Shown here: one piece after another, positions 19,180 through 29,428 of the stretch
How positions within the stretch are numbered: position 1 is the first letter of the stretch
Layout of the letters: every line of letters starts with the position of its first letter
Made by a program: the position numbers and the translations under genes
Assembly: GCA_046293555.1 (NCBI GenBank)
Contig: JBKBOT010000006.1
Coordinates: 1-64,000, forward strand
Direction of reading: 5' to 3'
From: Pyrobaculum sp.
GTDB taxonomy: Archaea > Thermoproteota > Thermoprotei > Thermoproteales > Thermoproteaceae
DNA: 64,000 nt
The notes under the pieces: generated by a model
What the model saw: only the letters and a program-made list of their open reading frames with translations
Told to the model about the DNA's origin: nothing
Database searches by the model: none

Positions 19180-20944
19180 TTCTATATACTAGATACTGCG
19201 CCGAGGGACATGCGGAGCTACATAGGAGACACCCCACACACCTCCCTGCGTCTACTCTAAAACTCCTGCCGGGCCCCACCCTCTTTAAGGCGCCGGTGGG
19301 GCACCAGTGGACACATAAGTCGCAGTCACCACATATGGCGGCTCTTACTAAAAGCCCGGCGGCATCTAGGGCAAACCTCACGTCGCTGGCCCTAATTAGC
19401 CACCTACCTCCCACACGCCGTATTTCAGCCTCCCCCCTCTCCCCCCTGGCCGTATATCTCTCCACAGATCCCAACATCTTTAGAAACTCTCCAAGTGTCT
19501 CCAAATTTGGCTCCGCCTTTAGCTCCACCAGTAGGCCCCCCTGCGTTTTTGTCAGCCTTGCCGGCAGCTCCCCCTCTCTGCTCTTTTTTGCCCACTTTGC
19601 CACATCGCCTGGAGTTTTCCCACGCCAACGCCATAGCCCTAGCCTCCACTCCTCCTCGGCCACTTCCCTCCTGGCGGCTTTCTCAAGTCTCTCAAAAATC
19701 TGGGGGTAACTTCTCTCCACTGTCGCCAGTTCTGCCATCTCGTTTGCGGGACATATCACACAGCCCAGCCGGTCAAAACCTCTCTCATACGCCGGGTTGT
19801 ATGGAAGGCGGTAGAGATATATATACAGCCACACCTCTAGGGCGGTCCATCCCTGTATGGGCGCTGCCACCAGAGAGCCGGCGACCCACCTGCTTTGTGA
19901 CACCCGCGGGAGTTTAGCTCTGAGGAAAGACTCGGCGCCCCTCTGCCCAACCACGCTTATATAGCCCTGAGGGAATCTCTCCTTGAGGACACGGGTGGTT
20001 GGCGCCAGTTTGACGACTTTACAACACCAGCGGTAGTCTCTCGCGGGTAGGCCAAACCTCTCTACCCCCCTCCAAAAGGCGTCGCCCGCCTTTCCCACTA
20101 TGACCTCAGCTTTGTACCGCACTTCTATCTCCCTGAGGTTTTCATACGTCTCCGGCGGCTCTAAGCCGGTATCGTTAAAATATATGTAAAAACTGACCCC
20201 GGCCCTCGCCGTCAGGTCTAACGCCACCAAGCTGTCTTTACCCCCAGAGTACGACACCACCACAGGCTTTTTGTGCCTCTCCACAACTTCTCTCAAAAAC
20301 TTGACGGCCTCCATGGCCTTTTTCTCCATGTGGTCTCTGTTAAACAAGGCGGCTTCCTCAAGCGTGGAGGGCCTGCCGGATGGCAGCGGCCCTCTGGCCC
20401 GCCAGGATTTCACCACATGTAGTCTACCGCCTCTAAACAGCTTGGCCACCCCATGTGTCCTCCCGTCTCTCGTGGAGATAGCCACATGTCTATATTTCTC
20501 CCGGGGGAGCTTCCCCTCTACCACCCTGTCTTGACGTATGTCGTAACCAGGCGGCAGTTCTGACATATCTACCACCGCCCAGTACCCCAGCCTCTCTGCG
20601 AGCATGGTGGCTACCCCCTCGTAGAGAGGCCTAAAACGCCACCGTCTTTCCGACAAGTCGTAAAACCTGTGTCCAATCACCCTCCCCCTTACCACCACCT
20701 CGTCTGCTTGATCCGCATAGCCGGGTATCTTGTTGAGAAGGATGACCTCACCCCCCGGAATTAACGCCTTTAGCCTCTCGTCTCCAAACTCGTTGGCCAA
20801 GGCCTCCCTCAAGGTCTCCACATCTGCCGGAAAGGCTGGGCGGGGGTCTTGTGGCTGGGTTAGCCTAACTTCTACATACTCGCAGTCGCCCCCCCTGGGC
20901 CTCAGCGCTGGGATGTTTAAATCTACACACCAGTAGAGAGTCAC
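19169..20944 (-). CDS. PAPS-reductase-family PP-loop protein with C-terminal 2x[4Fe-4S] domain
   Basis: SYSGGKDS, DTGLE, RWCCKVVK, RLGCVICP, CGDCDLC..WCP, CVGCLLC...CP. Confidence 0.88.
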   Translation of the reverse strand: MTLYWCVDLNIPALRPRGGDCEYVEVRLTQPQDPRPAFPADVETLREALANEFGDERLKALIPGGEVILLNKIPGYADQADEVVVRGRVIGHRFYDLSERRWRFRPLYEGVATMLAERLGYWAVVDMSELPPGYDIRQDRVVEGKLPREKYRHVAISTRDGRTHGVAKLFRGGRLHVVKSWRARGPLPSGRPSTLEEAALFNRDHMEKKAMEAVKFLREVVERHKKPVVVSYSGGKDSLVALDLTARAGVSFYIYFNDTGLEPPETYENLREIEVRYKAEVIVGKAGDAFWRGVERFGLPARDYRWCCKVVKLAPTTRVLKERFPQGYISVVGQRGAESFLRAKLPRVSQSRWVAGSLVAAPIQGWTALEVWLYIYLYRLPYNPAYERGFDRLGCVICPANEMAELATVERSYPQIFERLEKAARREVAEEEWRLGLWRWRGKTPGDVAKWAKKSREGELPARLTKTQGGLLVELKAEPNLETLGEFLKMLGSVERYTARGERGEAEIRRVGGRWLIRASDVRFALDAAGLLVRAAICGDCDLCVHWCPTGALKRVGPGRSFRVDAGRCVGCLLCSSACPSAQYLVYRNEA

Positions 20945-20972
20945 AAAAAACTGCCGTCATATATATAAAAGC

Positions 20973-22022
20973 CTAGGGGCCTCCAGCTATCCCGGCGAGT
21001 TTCGGGTAGGGCCTTGCCTCCCACAATGCCCTCAAGCCGCAGAGAAATCGGGTCAGCCTCTCCACCCCTATGCCAAACCCCGCGGTGTGGAGTGGGTAGA
21101 GCTCTTTTAACATCTCTAGAAACCACTGGTATCTCGCGGGGTCTTCCCCACTCTCTTTAATCCTCTCCACCACCCTCTCCGGCTCGTATTCCCTCTCGGC
21201 GCCGCTTATAGCCTCGCCGAAGCCCTCTGGATACAACATGTCGAAATCTCTCAAGACGCCAGGTCTCTCGGGGTCCTCCCTGTCGTAAAACCCGCGGGAG
21301 CCCTTGGGGTAGTCGTATATAAACAGCGGCGCGTCGTGATACGCCGAGATGAGCTTCTCGCACTCCCACATGAGCTCCTCTCCCGGCGGGTTTCTACAGC
21401 CCAGCTTGGCTACAAGCTCTATGGCCTCCCCGTGGCTGTACCTATAGAAAGGCCGCCTGAAGTCCCAAAGCCTTCTCCCCAGCTTGTCCTCTAGCTCTTT
21501 CCCGTAGAGATCTGTCACATATCTCACCACATATGTGGTGAGATCTTCCGCCAGCTCCATTACGTCGTGGTATGTGGCTTTGTAAACCTCTAGGTCTAGC
21601 TGGTAGAACTCCACCAGATGTCTACCAGTGTATATACTCTCCGGCGGCTCCAGCCTGACGTTTGGGCTGACGAAATAGATCTTCCCCAACGCCGCCGCCA
21701 TGTATTGTTTATACAAGATCGCAGAAGACATGACCTTGTACTTAACCCCGTAGAAATCTATGTGGGCTTGTCTAGCCCCCCTAATCCCCGGGTCTGTCGC
21801 CGGACCTATGACGGGGGAGAGAACTTCCACAAAGCCTCTAGAGTCTAGAAACTCCCGCAGCGCCCGAAGTGCCGCAGCCTGTACTCTAAACACCAGCTTG
21901 TATTTATCTCTACTGGCCCACCGCCACGAGTACCGCACCCACTCCTCAACTATCTTTCTATACCTCTCCCGGTTGGCCACAAGTTTTTCAAACTCCAACA
22001 CCGCCGGGTGGAGTTTTCCCAT
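20973..22022 (-). CDS. archaeal asparagine synthetase A (AsnRS2, catalytic-domain-only aaRS paralog)
   Basis: TDPG, SPNVRLE, RHLVEF.QLD.E, E..SG.ERE, GFGIGVERL; no anticodon-binding domain; ATG 19 nt after TTTAAACA. Confidence 0.9.
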   Translation of the reverse strand: MGKLHPAVLEFEKLVANRERYRKIVEEWVRYSWRWASRDKYKLVFRVQAAALRALREFLDSRGFVEVLSPVIGPATDPGIRGARQAHIDFYGVKYKVMSSAILYKQYMAAALGKIYFVSPNVRLEPPESIYTGRHLVEFYQLDLEVYKATYHDVMELAEDLTTYVVRYVTDLYGKELEDKLGRRLWDFRRPFYRYSHGEAIELVAKLGCRNPPGEELMWECEKLISAYHDAPLFIYDYPKGSRGFYDREDPERPGVLRDFDMLYPEGFGEAISGAEREYEPERVVERIKESGEDPARYQWFLEMLKELYPLHTAGFGIGVERLTRFLCGLRALWEARPYPKLAGIAGGP

Positions 22023-22129
22023 GGGCGGCGTTCCATCAAGATGTTTAAACTTTAGGTGTAGTACGTACATAAAGACGCCGTATTTACAACAAAAATTTCA
22101 AAGCCCCCAGGGCTATCTAGGAGAGAGAT

Positions 22130-22375
22130 CTATAGACGCCCCGTGGGAGTTGTACAAATGTCGCCAGAAGGCGCTGGCTCTTTTCTCAACTCGCTTAGCT
22201 GATCTTCTAGAAACCATTCAACCACATATTCAAGCTCGGTGGCGATATGCACCGCCTCTCTGTAGGCTTTATGCCACTTTCTATATCTCCGCAGCAGTAC
22301 CCACCCCCCCTCTCTAATCGGCATCTTTGTGATCAAAATTCTTCCTCCCCCAGGGTTTAGATACACCCGGTACAT
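22130..22375 (-). CDS. small hypothetical protein (paralog of 8648-8845)
   Basis: ATG 17 nt after TTTAAATA; shared motif pattern with the 8.6 kb ORF. Confidence 0.78.
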   Translation of the reverse strand: MYRVYLNPGGGRILITKMPIREGGWVLLRRYRKWHKAYREAVHIATELEYVVEWFLEDQLSELRKEPAPSGDICTTPTGRL

Positions 22376-22454
22376 ATACGTATACATATACTTATTTAAA
22401 AAGCCGGCGTAGATTAAGCGAGCTAATTTCCCTGAGTACGTCAAAAATTTTGGC

Positions 22455-23237
22455 CTACTTCTCAATGTCTACAGCCCCATAGAGAAGTTCAGCCAACACG
22501 CCGTAGTTCCCCCAAGCTTTAGACAAGTCTTTAGCCACATGTGCAGCCATAGAGAAGAGGCCGGCTTCCAGATAGCGGAGAAGCTCTCCCCGCAACGCCC
22601 CTACGTCGTTTTCCACAAGCCACCTCGCCAGGGGGGGCTCGCCCCACTCAATCCACAGGTCTTCTCTAAAGACCTCAAACTTGAGGCTAGGGACGGCGCC
22701 CAGATCCTCCAACCTGTTTACATTAAAAAGCCAGCGGGGGTCCACCCCATGTCTAGCTGTAGAAAGGAAGGTGGTTGGCCCCAGTCTAAACAAGTCGTCT
22801 ACCCGCCTCCTGCCGTAACGAGCCAGTAGGTCTAACGCCTCTAAGGCGCCGCGGCTGTCTATCTTAAACAACATGGATTCCACCCTCCCGTTGGGATAAA
22901 CCCAGACGGCTGTGCCGCCAGTGGAGGCCAGCACTTCAAAAACCTGCGGCTTGACGTACGGCACGTCACACGGGGCAAAAACTATCTCTCCCCCCACCGT
23001 CCGCACTGCGGCATCTACCGCAGCTAGAGGTCCCGAAAAACGGCCGCTGTCTTCTAGCACCTCCACCCCTTTATATAGATGGGCGTTACGCCCTGCGGCG
23101 ACATAAATGCGATCTGCCACCCCCCTTGCGGCATTAATTACATAATCTATAAAACGCCTCCCCCGCCAGACGTATGTACATTTGTCCTGTCCAAACCGTC
23201 TGGAAAAACCCCCGGCGAGTATTACAAGAAAGGCCAC
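22455..23237 (-). CDS. mobA: molybdenum cofactor guanylyltransferase
   Basis: ILAGG.SRRFG.DK, GPLAA, PCD.P, FNVN. Confidence 0.9.
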   Translation of the reverse strand: MAFLVILAGGFSRRFGQDKCTYVWRGRRFIDYVINAARGVADRIYVAAGRNAHLYKGVEVLEDSGRFSGPLAAVDAAVRTVGGEIVFAPCDVPYVKPQVFEVLASTGGTAVWVYPNGRVESMLFKIDSRGALEALDLLARYGRRRVDDLFRLGPTTFLSTARHGVDPRWLFNVNRLEDLGAVPSLKFEVFREDLWIEWGEPPLARWLVENDVGALRGELLRYLEAGLFSMAAHVAKDLSKAWGNYGVLAELLYGAVDIEK

Positions 23238-23243
23238 AAAAAA

Positions 23244-24251
23244 CTAGAGCTGTTCAATAAACTGAAGCCTCTTGGGTATCGGCGGGTGTGTAGACAGCAC
23301 CTCCTCCAGCGGGGAGTATTTAAACCTCTTTATCTCCTCCACCTCGCCCCGTGTGATAGTCACGAAGGGGTTGGCGACGGCGTTTACGAGGGCGTATATA
23401 AACAACGCCCTAAATTTATCTGTAGAAACAGCCTCCCTCGCCTCGGGGGCCTGGCGGTAAAACTTGTGTATTTTAGCTAACGCAAACTGCATTGCCTCCT
23501 TCCCCGCAGCCTCGGCGCCAGCTGTATCTGCGTAGTACTCCCTAAGGCGGCTGAAGGCCAGTACCAAAAGCTGTATCACAAATGACAGCAGCACCGCCGC
23601 CACGCCCACGGCGAGAAGCACCGGCCCTCTGTTGTTGGAAAGGCCGAGGTGTACAGCCATGACGCCTAGGTAATACACTATGGAGGGCAAAATGCCGAAA
23701 AGCAACATGAGCGCGTTATCTCTATGTAGGTGGTGTCCAATCTCGTGTCCAATTACTGCCTCGAGCTCTCTCCTGTCTGTAATAGAGAGCATGCCGCTAG
23801 TTACCGCCACATATTTGCCGGACAGGAAGTTGCCGTATGCAAAGGCGTTTGGCGGCCCGTTGACCGCCACGGCTTTTAGCCTAAAGGGCGCCCCCAGCCT
23901 AGAGGCCACCTGGTCTACAATCTGCTGCAACCGCGGGTCCGGCCTGGCGCCATAGGTGGCGTTGATTATATATGGCGAGGCTAGATACACCAACAGGTTG
24001 GCTAACACCACGAAGAGTATCAGCCCGAGGAAGAAAGTCTCGGTGACGACAAACCGGGCCGCTGTGGCCACCAGATATATCACAAACGCCGTGGTGAGTA
24101 CTATCAAGGCCGCGGTAAGCCCCATGGCGCCATAAAGCGTAAAACGTCCAGAGACAGCTCTAGCCACCTTAGGCGCGATGGCTGCAGCCAGGATGAACAT
24201 AAATATGTAGCCAAGTACGTATAGCCCAAGCGCTATTGGGCTTAGAAACAT
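23244..24251 (-). CDS. htpX: HtpX membrane zinc protease (M48)
   Basis: PNAFAYG, GHEIGH, SRLREYYAD, STHPP..KR; TM helices. Confidence 0.94.
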   Translation of the reverse strand: MFLSPIALGLYVLGYIFMFILAAAIAPKVARAVSGRFTLYGAMGLTAALIVLTTAFVIYLVATAARFVVTETFFLGLILFVVLANLLVYLASPYIINATYGARPDPRLQQIVDQVASRLGAPFRLKAVAVNGPPNAFAYGNFLSGKYVAVTSGMLSITDRRELEAVIGHEIGHHLHRDNALMLLFGILPSIVYYLGVMAVHLGLSNNRGPVLLAVGVAAVLLSFVIQLLVLAFSRLREYYADTAGAEAAGKEAMQFALAKIHKFYRQAPEAREAVSTDKFRALFIYALVNAVANPFVTITRGEVEEIKRFKYSPLEEVLSTHPPIPKRLQFIEQL

Positions 24252-24282
24252 GTGTGGGTCTAACTTTCCATTTAAAAACTTT

Positions 24283-24331
24283 TCAGCCGGTACGTGAACT
24301 CTTCACCCCTCCGCAACGGGGACTTTCCTCA
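24283..24331 (-). ncRNA. box C/D guide sRNA candidate
   Basis: C GTGAGGA - AAGTCCCGTTG - D' CGGA - C' GTGAAGA - GTTCACGTACCGG - D CTGA; TATAAATA about 19 nt upstream. Confidence 0.75.
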
Positions 24332-24361
24332 CAGATATAAACTAGTGCCAATATTTATACC

Positions 24362-24655
24362 ATGTGTGTAGACGAGGTCACTGCAGAAAAAATCGCAAAG
24401 AGAAAGGCCTTGGGGAGACTAAGCTCTCTCCGGAGGTCTGTAACAGCCTTTAGGGTAAAGATCGGCGACGACTGGCTATTTGGATTTGTGAAGACAAGAC
24501 TTAGAGAAGACAGACTTGACGTCTCGATAAAGTTCTCCTATATAGACTGTAAGGGGGTGGCGCTTGAGAGGCTGCCAGAAGAGGCTTTGGCAAAAATTAG
24601 GGAGCTGGAAAAAAACTTGGCCAACTTGGCGGAACGTGAGCTAAGCCGTGGGTAG
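24362..24655 (+). CDS. hypothetical protein
   Basis: 97-aa ORF after a TATA, overlapping the moeA start. Confidence 0.7.
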   Translation: MCVDEVTAEKIAKRKALGRLSSLRRSVTAFRVKIGDDWLFGFVKTRLREDRLDVSIKFSYIDCKGVALERLPEEALAKIRELEKNLANLAERELSRG

Positions 24656-26576
24656 AGTTATTTTCCACAACCTGGTAACTCTAGAGGAGGCCACACGGCT
24701 TTTGTTAAAATATGCCGGATCTCTCGGCGAGGAGGAGGTAGATATCACACAGGCCTACGGCCGGATATTGTCGCGAGATGTGGTGGCCCCTGTAGACGTC
24801 CCGCCGTTTGATAGATCTACTGTAGACGGCTACGCCGTCTTGGCGGAATCCACTTACGGCGCCTCAGAGCTGACCCCCGTGGGGCTTAAAGTTGTAGACA
24901 GGGTGGAGGCCGGCCGCTGGCCGCACTCCGCCGTGGCCCCCGGCGAGGCGGCTGAGGTGGCCACGGGTGCCCCCCTGCCCAGAGGCGCCAACGCCGTGGT
25001 GATGGTGGAGTACACACAAGAGGTTGGGGGGTTGGTGAAGATCTTCCGCCCCGTGGCGCCGGGGGAAAACGTCATGTCTGCCGGCTCGGACATCTCTGCG
25101 GGGGAGGTGGTGTTGAGGAGATGTACCAGACTTACCGCCAGGGAGGTGGGGGTCCTGGCGGCCGTGGGGCTGAAGGCCGTGCCAGTCTTTAAAAAGCCCA
25201 GAGTGGCTATCATCTCTACTGGCGACGAGTTACAACAGCCCGGGGAGGCTCTCCAGTTGGGCAAGCTATATGACGTCAACAGCTATGCGCTAGCCGCAGC
25301 CGTGCAGGAGGCGGGGGGGACAGCCGTGGTGTTTGGCATCGTGAAAGACGAGGCTGAGGAATACAGGAGGGCCATCGAGAGGGCGCTGGCTATGGGAGAC
25401 GTGGTGTTAATAAGTGGCGGCACCTCTGCGGGTGTCGCCGACCTGACCTACAGGGTGCTTGGCGAGTTGGGAGAGGTGCTTTTCCACGGCATCATGGTGA
25501 GACCAGGCAAGCCCACTCTGGCGGCAGTGGTGGGGGGCAAAATGGTGGTGGGGCTACCCGGCTACCCCTCCTCGGCGTTGATGATTTTCCACACTGTCGT
25601 CAGGCCCCTTTTGTTAAAAATACAGTGTGTAGAGCCGGAGGCCCCCGCGGCCTATAGGGCAAAACTGGCCTTCCCCATAGAGGGGGCTAAAGGCCGTAGG
25701 GCGTTATACCCAGTGGTGTTAATCGCCAGAGGGGGTACCCACAGGGCCTTCCCCCTATACGCCGAGTCTGGCGCCATCTCTGTCCTGTCTAGAGCCGACG
25801 GGTATATTGTAGTTAGCGAGAACGTGGAGTACATGGCAGAGGGGGAGGAGGTGGAGGTATACCTCTTCGAGAAGTACAAGCCGGCAGAGATGTATTTTAT
25901 CGGCAGCCACGACCCCCATTTAGACCAGGTGCTGGCGAGACGTAACGTCAAGACGGTATATGTGGGCTCTATGGGCGGCCTCCTGGCGTTAAAACGGGGC
26001 GAGGCAGATATAGCCGGATCGCACATTTACGACCTAGATGCCGGCGAGTTTAATGTGCCCTATGTGAAAAAGCTGGCTATAAAAGACGTGGCTGTAGTTG
26101 GCCTATTTGAGCGGGAGCAGGGGCTTATAGTGCAGAGAGGCAACCCCAAGGGCATAACAGACATAGAAGACCTCTTGAAGCCCGGCGTCGTTATGGTTAA
26201 CAGGCCTAGAGGGACGGGCACACGGGCGCTTTTAGATCTCCACTTAAGGAAAATCGCCGAGAGGCGGGGCGAGTCTGTGGAGTCGCTGGCGAGAAAAATC
26301 GCCGGGTATACACACGAGGTGAAAACCCACACGGCGGTGGCCGCCGCGGTGGCGCAGGGGAGGGCAGACGTGGGGGTGGGGGTTAGATATGCGGCAGAGC
26401 TTTACGGCCTGGACTTCATGCCGGTGGGGTGGGAGCAGTACGACCTCGTGGTAAGAAGGGAGCTGGTAGACAGGGCCATGGAGATAGCCGAGGATGCATT
26501 ACGCCAGCTGCCAAACGGCTACAGGGCCTACCGGTGGTCGCTACGCGTAAAGTGGCTAGCCCTCCAGGGGGCCTAG
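24648..26576 (+). CDS. moeA: molybdopterin molybdotransferase MoeA fused to a C-terminal PBP-like domain
   Basis: PPFDRSTVDGYAV, STGDEL, SGGTSAG, RPGKP, GLPGYP; C-terminal GSHD, NR..G.GTR. Confidence 0.93.
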   Translation: MGRVIFHNLVTLEEATRLLLKYAGSLGEEEVDITQAYGRILSRDVVAPVDVPPFDRSTVDGYAVLAESTYGASELTPVGLKVVDRVEAGRWPHSAVAPGEAAEVATGAPLPRGANAVVMVEYTQEVGGLVKIFRPVAPGENVMSAGSDISAGEVVLRRCTRLTAREVGVLAAVGLKAVPVFKKPRVAIISTGDELQQPGEALQLGKLYDVNSYALAAAVQEAGGTAVVFGIVKDEAEEYRRAIERALAMGDVVLISGGTSAGVADLTYRVLGELGEVLFHGIMVRPGKPTLAAVVGGKMVVGLPGYPSSALMIFHTVVRPLLLKIQCVEPEAPAAYRAKLAFPIEGAKGRRALYPVVLIARGGTHRAFPLYAESGAISVLSRADGYIVVSENVEYMAEGEEVEVYLFEKYKPAEMYFIGSHDPHLDQVLARRNVKTVYVGSMGGLLALKRGEADIAGSHIYDLDAGEFNVPYVKKLAIKDVAVVGLFEREQGLIVQRGNPKGITDIEDLLKPGVVMVNRPRGTGTRALLDLHLRKIAERRGESVESLARKIAGYTHEVKTHTAVAAAVAQGRADVGVGVRYAAELYGLDFMPVGWEQYDLVVRRELVDRAMEIAEDALRQLPNGYRAYRWSLRVKWLALQGA

Positions 26577-27797
26577 TAGAAACACCTCCACCTCCTCCCC
26601 CTCGTCGTACCCCTCCCTGTTTTCTGGCACTACCAACAGCCCGTTTCCTCTAGTCAATGTGGAGAGAACGCCGCTGCCTGTCACCGCGAGAGGCTCTGCG
26701 TAGAGCCTATCCCCCCTGCGGTATACATACACCCTGACGTAACTCCTCACGTTTATCGGCGTGGCGACCCGCCTGGTTAGGACCGCCCTCGCCGTGGGCA
26801 TCGGCTCCTCCCGCCCCCCCACCATTTTTAACACCACGGGCTTTACAAAAACCTCAAATCCCACCACGGCGGCTACGGGGAAGCCGGAGAGCATGACTAC
26901 AGGCTTGCCGTTTATCACCGCGGCGCTATTTGGCCTCCCGGGCCTCGCCGCGATGCCGTGTATTAACACCTCTGGCCTCATGCGGGAGATCGCCGAGATG
27001 ACGTAGTCGGGCTCCCCCACTGAGACCCCACCAGTGGTGACCACCAGGTCGCATTTCGACAAGGCCTCCTTCACCTTGCCATATATAGCCTCTGCGTCGT
27101 CTGGCACAATGCCCATATAGCCCACCTCTACCCCCAGTCCTCTCAACAGGGCGGATATGACGTGTCTAGTGCTGTTTACAATCTTGCCGGGGGGCGGGGG
27201 CGCCTCTTCTAGCTCGATTAGCTCACCTCCGGTAGATATGAGGGCGGCTTTGAGCCTATAGATATGTATGGTCTTTAGCCCTAACGACGCCAAGACCCCC
27301 ACGTCCCAGGGCTTTATCTGCCTCCCCCGTCTGATCACCACCTCCCCCCTAGCCACATCCTCGCCCCGCCGGGAGACGTAATAATATTTAGGCACGGCTT
27401 TATACACCTCCACGTGGCCTCCCACCCTGGAGGCCTCCTCGTAGGGCACCACCGCGTCTGCCCCCTCTGGGAGGGGGGCCCCAGTGGCTATCTCCACAGC
27501 CTCGCCGGGGTTAAGCACGTCTCTATACTCAAGGCCGGGCGGTGACTTGCCCACCACTTTTAACATGACGGGATTTGTCCTAGAGGCCCCCAGGGTGTCT
27601 TCAGACCTGACGGCATATCCGTCAAAAGCCGCCCTGTCGAAAGGAGGTACGTCTGTGGGTGCCACCACGTCTCGAGAGGCGTAGCTCCCCACGGCCTCTG
27701 GCGTTGGGATCTCCCCCTCGGGGGGTACATGTCTGACAGCTTCTAACACCAGCCTCTGGGCTTCGGGAATTGGGGTAAGAGTCTTAAAGCCCCTCAT
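26556..27797 (-). CDS. moeA: molybdopterin molybdotransferase MoeA (second paralog)
   Basis: PPFDRAAFDGYAV, TGG.SVG..D, RPGRP, LSGFP. Confidence 0.93.
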   Translation of the reverse strand: MRGFKTLTPIPEAQRLVLEAVRHVPPEGEIPTPEAVGSYASRDVVAPTDVPPFDRAAFDGYAVRSEDTLGASRTNPVMLKVVGKSPPGLEYRDVLNPGEAVEIATGAPLPEGADAVVPYEEASRVGGHVEVYKAVPKYYYVSRRGEDVARGEVVIRRGRQIKPWDVGVLASLGLKTIHIYRLKAALISTGGELIELEEAPPPPGKIVNSTRHVISALLRGLGVEVGYMGIVPDDAEAIYGKVKEALSKCDLVVTTGGVSVGEPDYVISAISRMRPEVLIHGIAARPGRPNSAAVINGKPVVMLSGFPVAAVVGFEVFVKPVVLKMVGGREEPMPTARAVLTRRVATPINVRSYVRVYVYRRGDRLYAEPLAVTGSGVLSTLTRGNGLLVVPENREGYDEGEEVEVFLLGPLEG

Positions 27798-27827
27798 GGC
27801 TTTCTATTTAAATATCTTAAAAAATCT

Positions 27828-28826
27828 GTGGAGGTTGAGGTGTTAGAGGCGCGGTACCAAAGGGCCGTGTTTAGAGGCAGCACGGAGGTCCTCCAGAGAG
27901 ACTTCATGTTGAGATATGGCGGCAGGTGGGGAGAGCTTTGGGGAGCCTCGGAGGGGGCTACAGAAGATGCAGTAAGCGAGGCGGATAGACGTGCAGAAGG
28001 GCTGGCGGCGTTGGTGGAGAGCAGGATAGACGATATGGCTACCGCTGCGCTATATGCTGCCTACGGCCGTAGTCTCTCTCTTGAAAAAGAGCTGGCAGTA
28101 GGCATGAGGCTACTAGAAAGGCCTGGGGCGTTAGAGAAGTTGTTGAGATGGGGTCTCGCGATGCATTTTGCCGACGAGGTGGTGGCGGCGCCGCCCTATC
28201 TCGCCAAGCTTCTCCTCAAGCTTATGGAAAAAACGCCGGGGGTGGCGCTAGACGTCTGGGGGGAGCTATCGCCGAGAGACGGCCCCACCTTGGCCCACCT
28301 CGAGGGCCTCCTCACTGGGGAGTTCGACCCGGGTTTACACCAGGCTATCTACGGCCATGTCCCCAACGGCGTTGAGATAGGCCGCGTGGCGGCCTACCTG
28401 CCGGAGGTGGGGCTTGTGGTAAACCCCCAGTTGTCTCCAGAGGAGCTGCTGGCCGCCTTACTTGAGCTAAAGAGGAGGAGGGCAGACGCCATGGCTAAAT
28501 CACTCTCGCTACATGGCGAGTATGAATTTAGCCAGGAGTATAGATGTGGCCTTCACTACCTCTCTATAGACGGCTCTCTAGACAAAAGCGGTGTAGTGGT
28601 GTTATGTCCCTGGATGTCTTATTCCCGCAGGCTTTGGAAAAAAATTCACAATCTCGTCTTAGTTGTGGAGGGGCAAAGGCCGACGCACGTGGCGCAGGGC
28701 AGGTTTGCAGCTATATACATCAGGGGGGGAGAGGCAGAGGTGGTGAGACCCCCATACCCCTCAAAACTACTTGAGTATATAGTAGACATCTTGTATAGCG
28801 TCGGCTTTCTCGTGTGGGAAGATTGA
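27828..28826 (+). CDS. hypothetical protein
   Basis: 332-aa ORF divergent from moeA, no recognised motif. Confidence 0.75.
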   Translation: MEVEVLEARYQRAVFRGSTEVLQRDFMLRYGGRWGELWGASEGATEDAVSEADRRAEGLAALVESRIDDMATAALYAAYGRSLSLEKELAVGMRLLERPGALEKLLRWGLAMHFADEVVAAPPYLAKLLLKLMEKTPGVALDVWGELSPRDGPTLAHLEGLLTGEFDPGLHQAIYGHVPNGVEIGRVAAYLPEVGLVVNPQLSPEELLAALLELKRRRADAMAKSLSLHGEYEFSQEYRCGLHYLSIDGSLDKSGVVVLCPWMSYSRRLWKKIHNLVLVVEGQRPTHVAQGRFAAIYIRGGEAEVVRPPYPSKLLEYIVDILYSVGFLVWED

Positions 28827-28832
28827 CGGCAC

Positions 28833-29075
28833 CTACCTCTTGACGTAAGATTTAGCCACTATGAGGGTAGTTGTAGATCTTACCCCATCTATCTTCCTTA
28901 TCTTTTCTCTAATCACGCCTCTAATGGCCTCTATATCTCTGGCACTTACCTTAACCACAATGTCGTACGGCCCGTAGACAAAGTAGACTGACCTTACTTC
29001 TTCAATTGCCGCCAGCTGTTCTACAACCTTGTCTTCTAACCCCACGTCTATGTTTAGAAACACAACCGCCTCCAT
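28833..29075 (-). CDS. stand-alone Lrp/AsnC ligand-binding (RAM) domain protein
   Basis: VYGPYDIVVKV...IRKIDGVRSTTTLI; no HTH. Confidence 0.9.
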   Translation of the reverse strand: MEAVVFLNIDVGLEDKVVEQLAAIEEVRSVYFVYGPYDIVVKVSARDIEAIRGVIREKIRKIDGVRSTTTLIVAKSYVKR

Positions 29076-29096
29076 AACTATACATTGGCAGACATA

Positions 29097-29399
29097 TTAA
29101 AACTTACCTCTTGACTCTAGGTACCTTCTTATCACTACTGCGGTAGATAGGTCAACTCTATGTCTCTCCGAGAGCCCTGTATCTGTATCTGTAAACTCTA
29201 CTATATACTCTGCCCCCTCGCCCTCGCCTTTATACATCTTGATTATGGTGTTGGGCTTACACATGGCGGTTAGCGCGGTCTGGCTTTTCTCTACTATAGA
29301 ACAGTCGATATACCTGTATACTTTAACCTCTGCGGGCGTCCTGCCGATAGGGCCTATGGGGGTCTCCTCGTAGTAATACATCTTTCGTCTTCTACTCAC
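29097..29399 (-). CDS. hypothetical protein
   Basis: GTG 19 nt after TTTTATA; 100 aa. Confidence 0.7.
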   Translation of the reverse strand: MSRRRKMYYYEETPIGPIGRTPAEVKVYRYIDCSIVEKSQTALTAMCKPNTIIKMYKGEGEGAEYIVEFTDTDTGLSERHRVDLSTAVVIRRYLESRGKF

Positions 29400-29428
29400 G
29401 GCAAGACGCAAAACTCTCTATAAAAATT

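Noticed and set aside
21990-22070. Search for a frameshift leader in asparagine synthetase (also argF, pyrG, lysS, alaS)
   Set aside because: Their promoter-proximal starts are in frame and show no cognate-codon slip site
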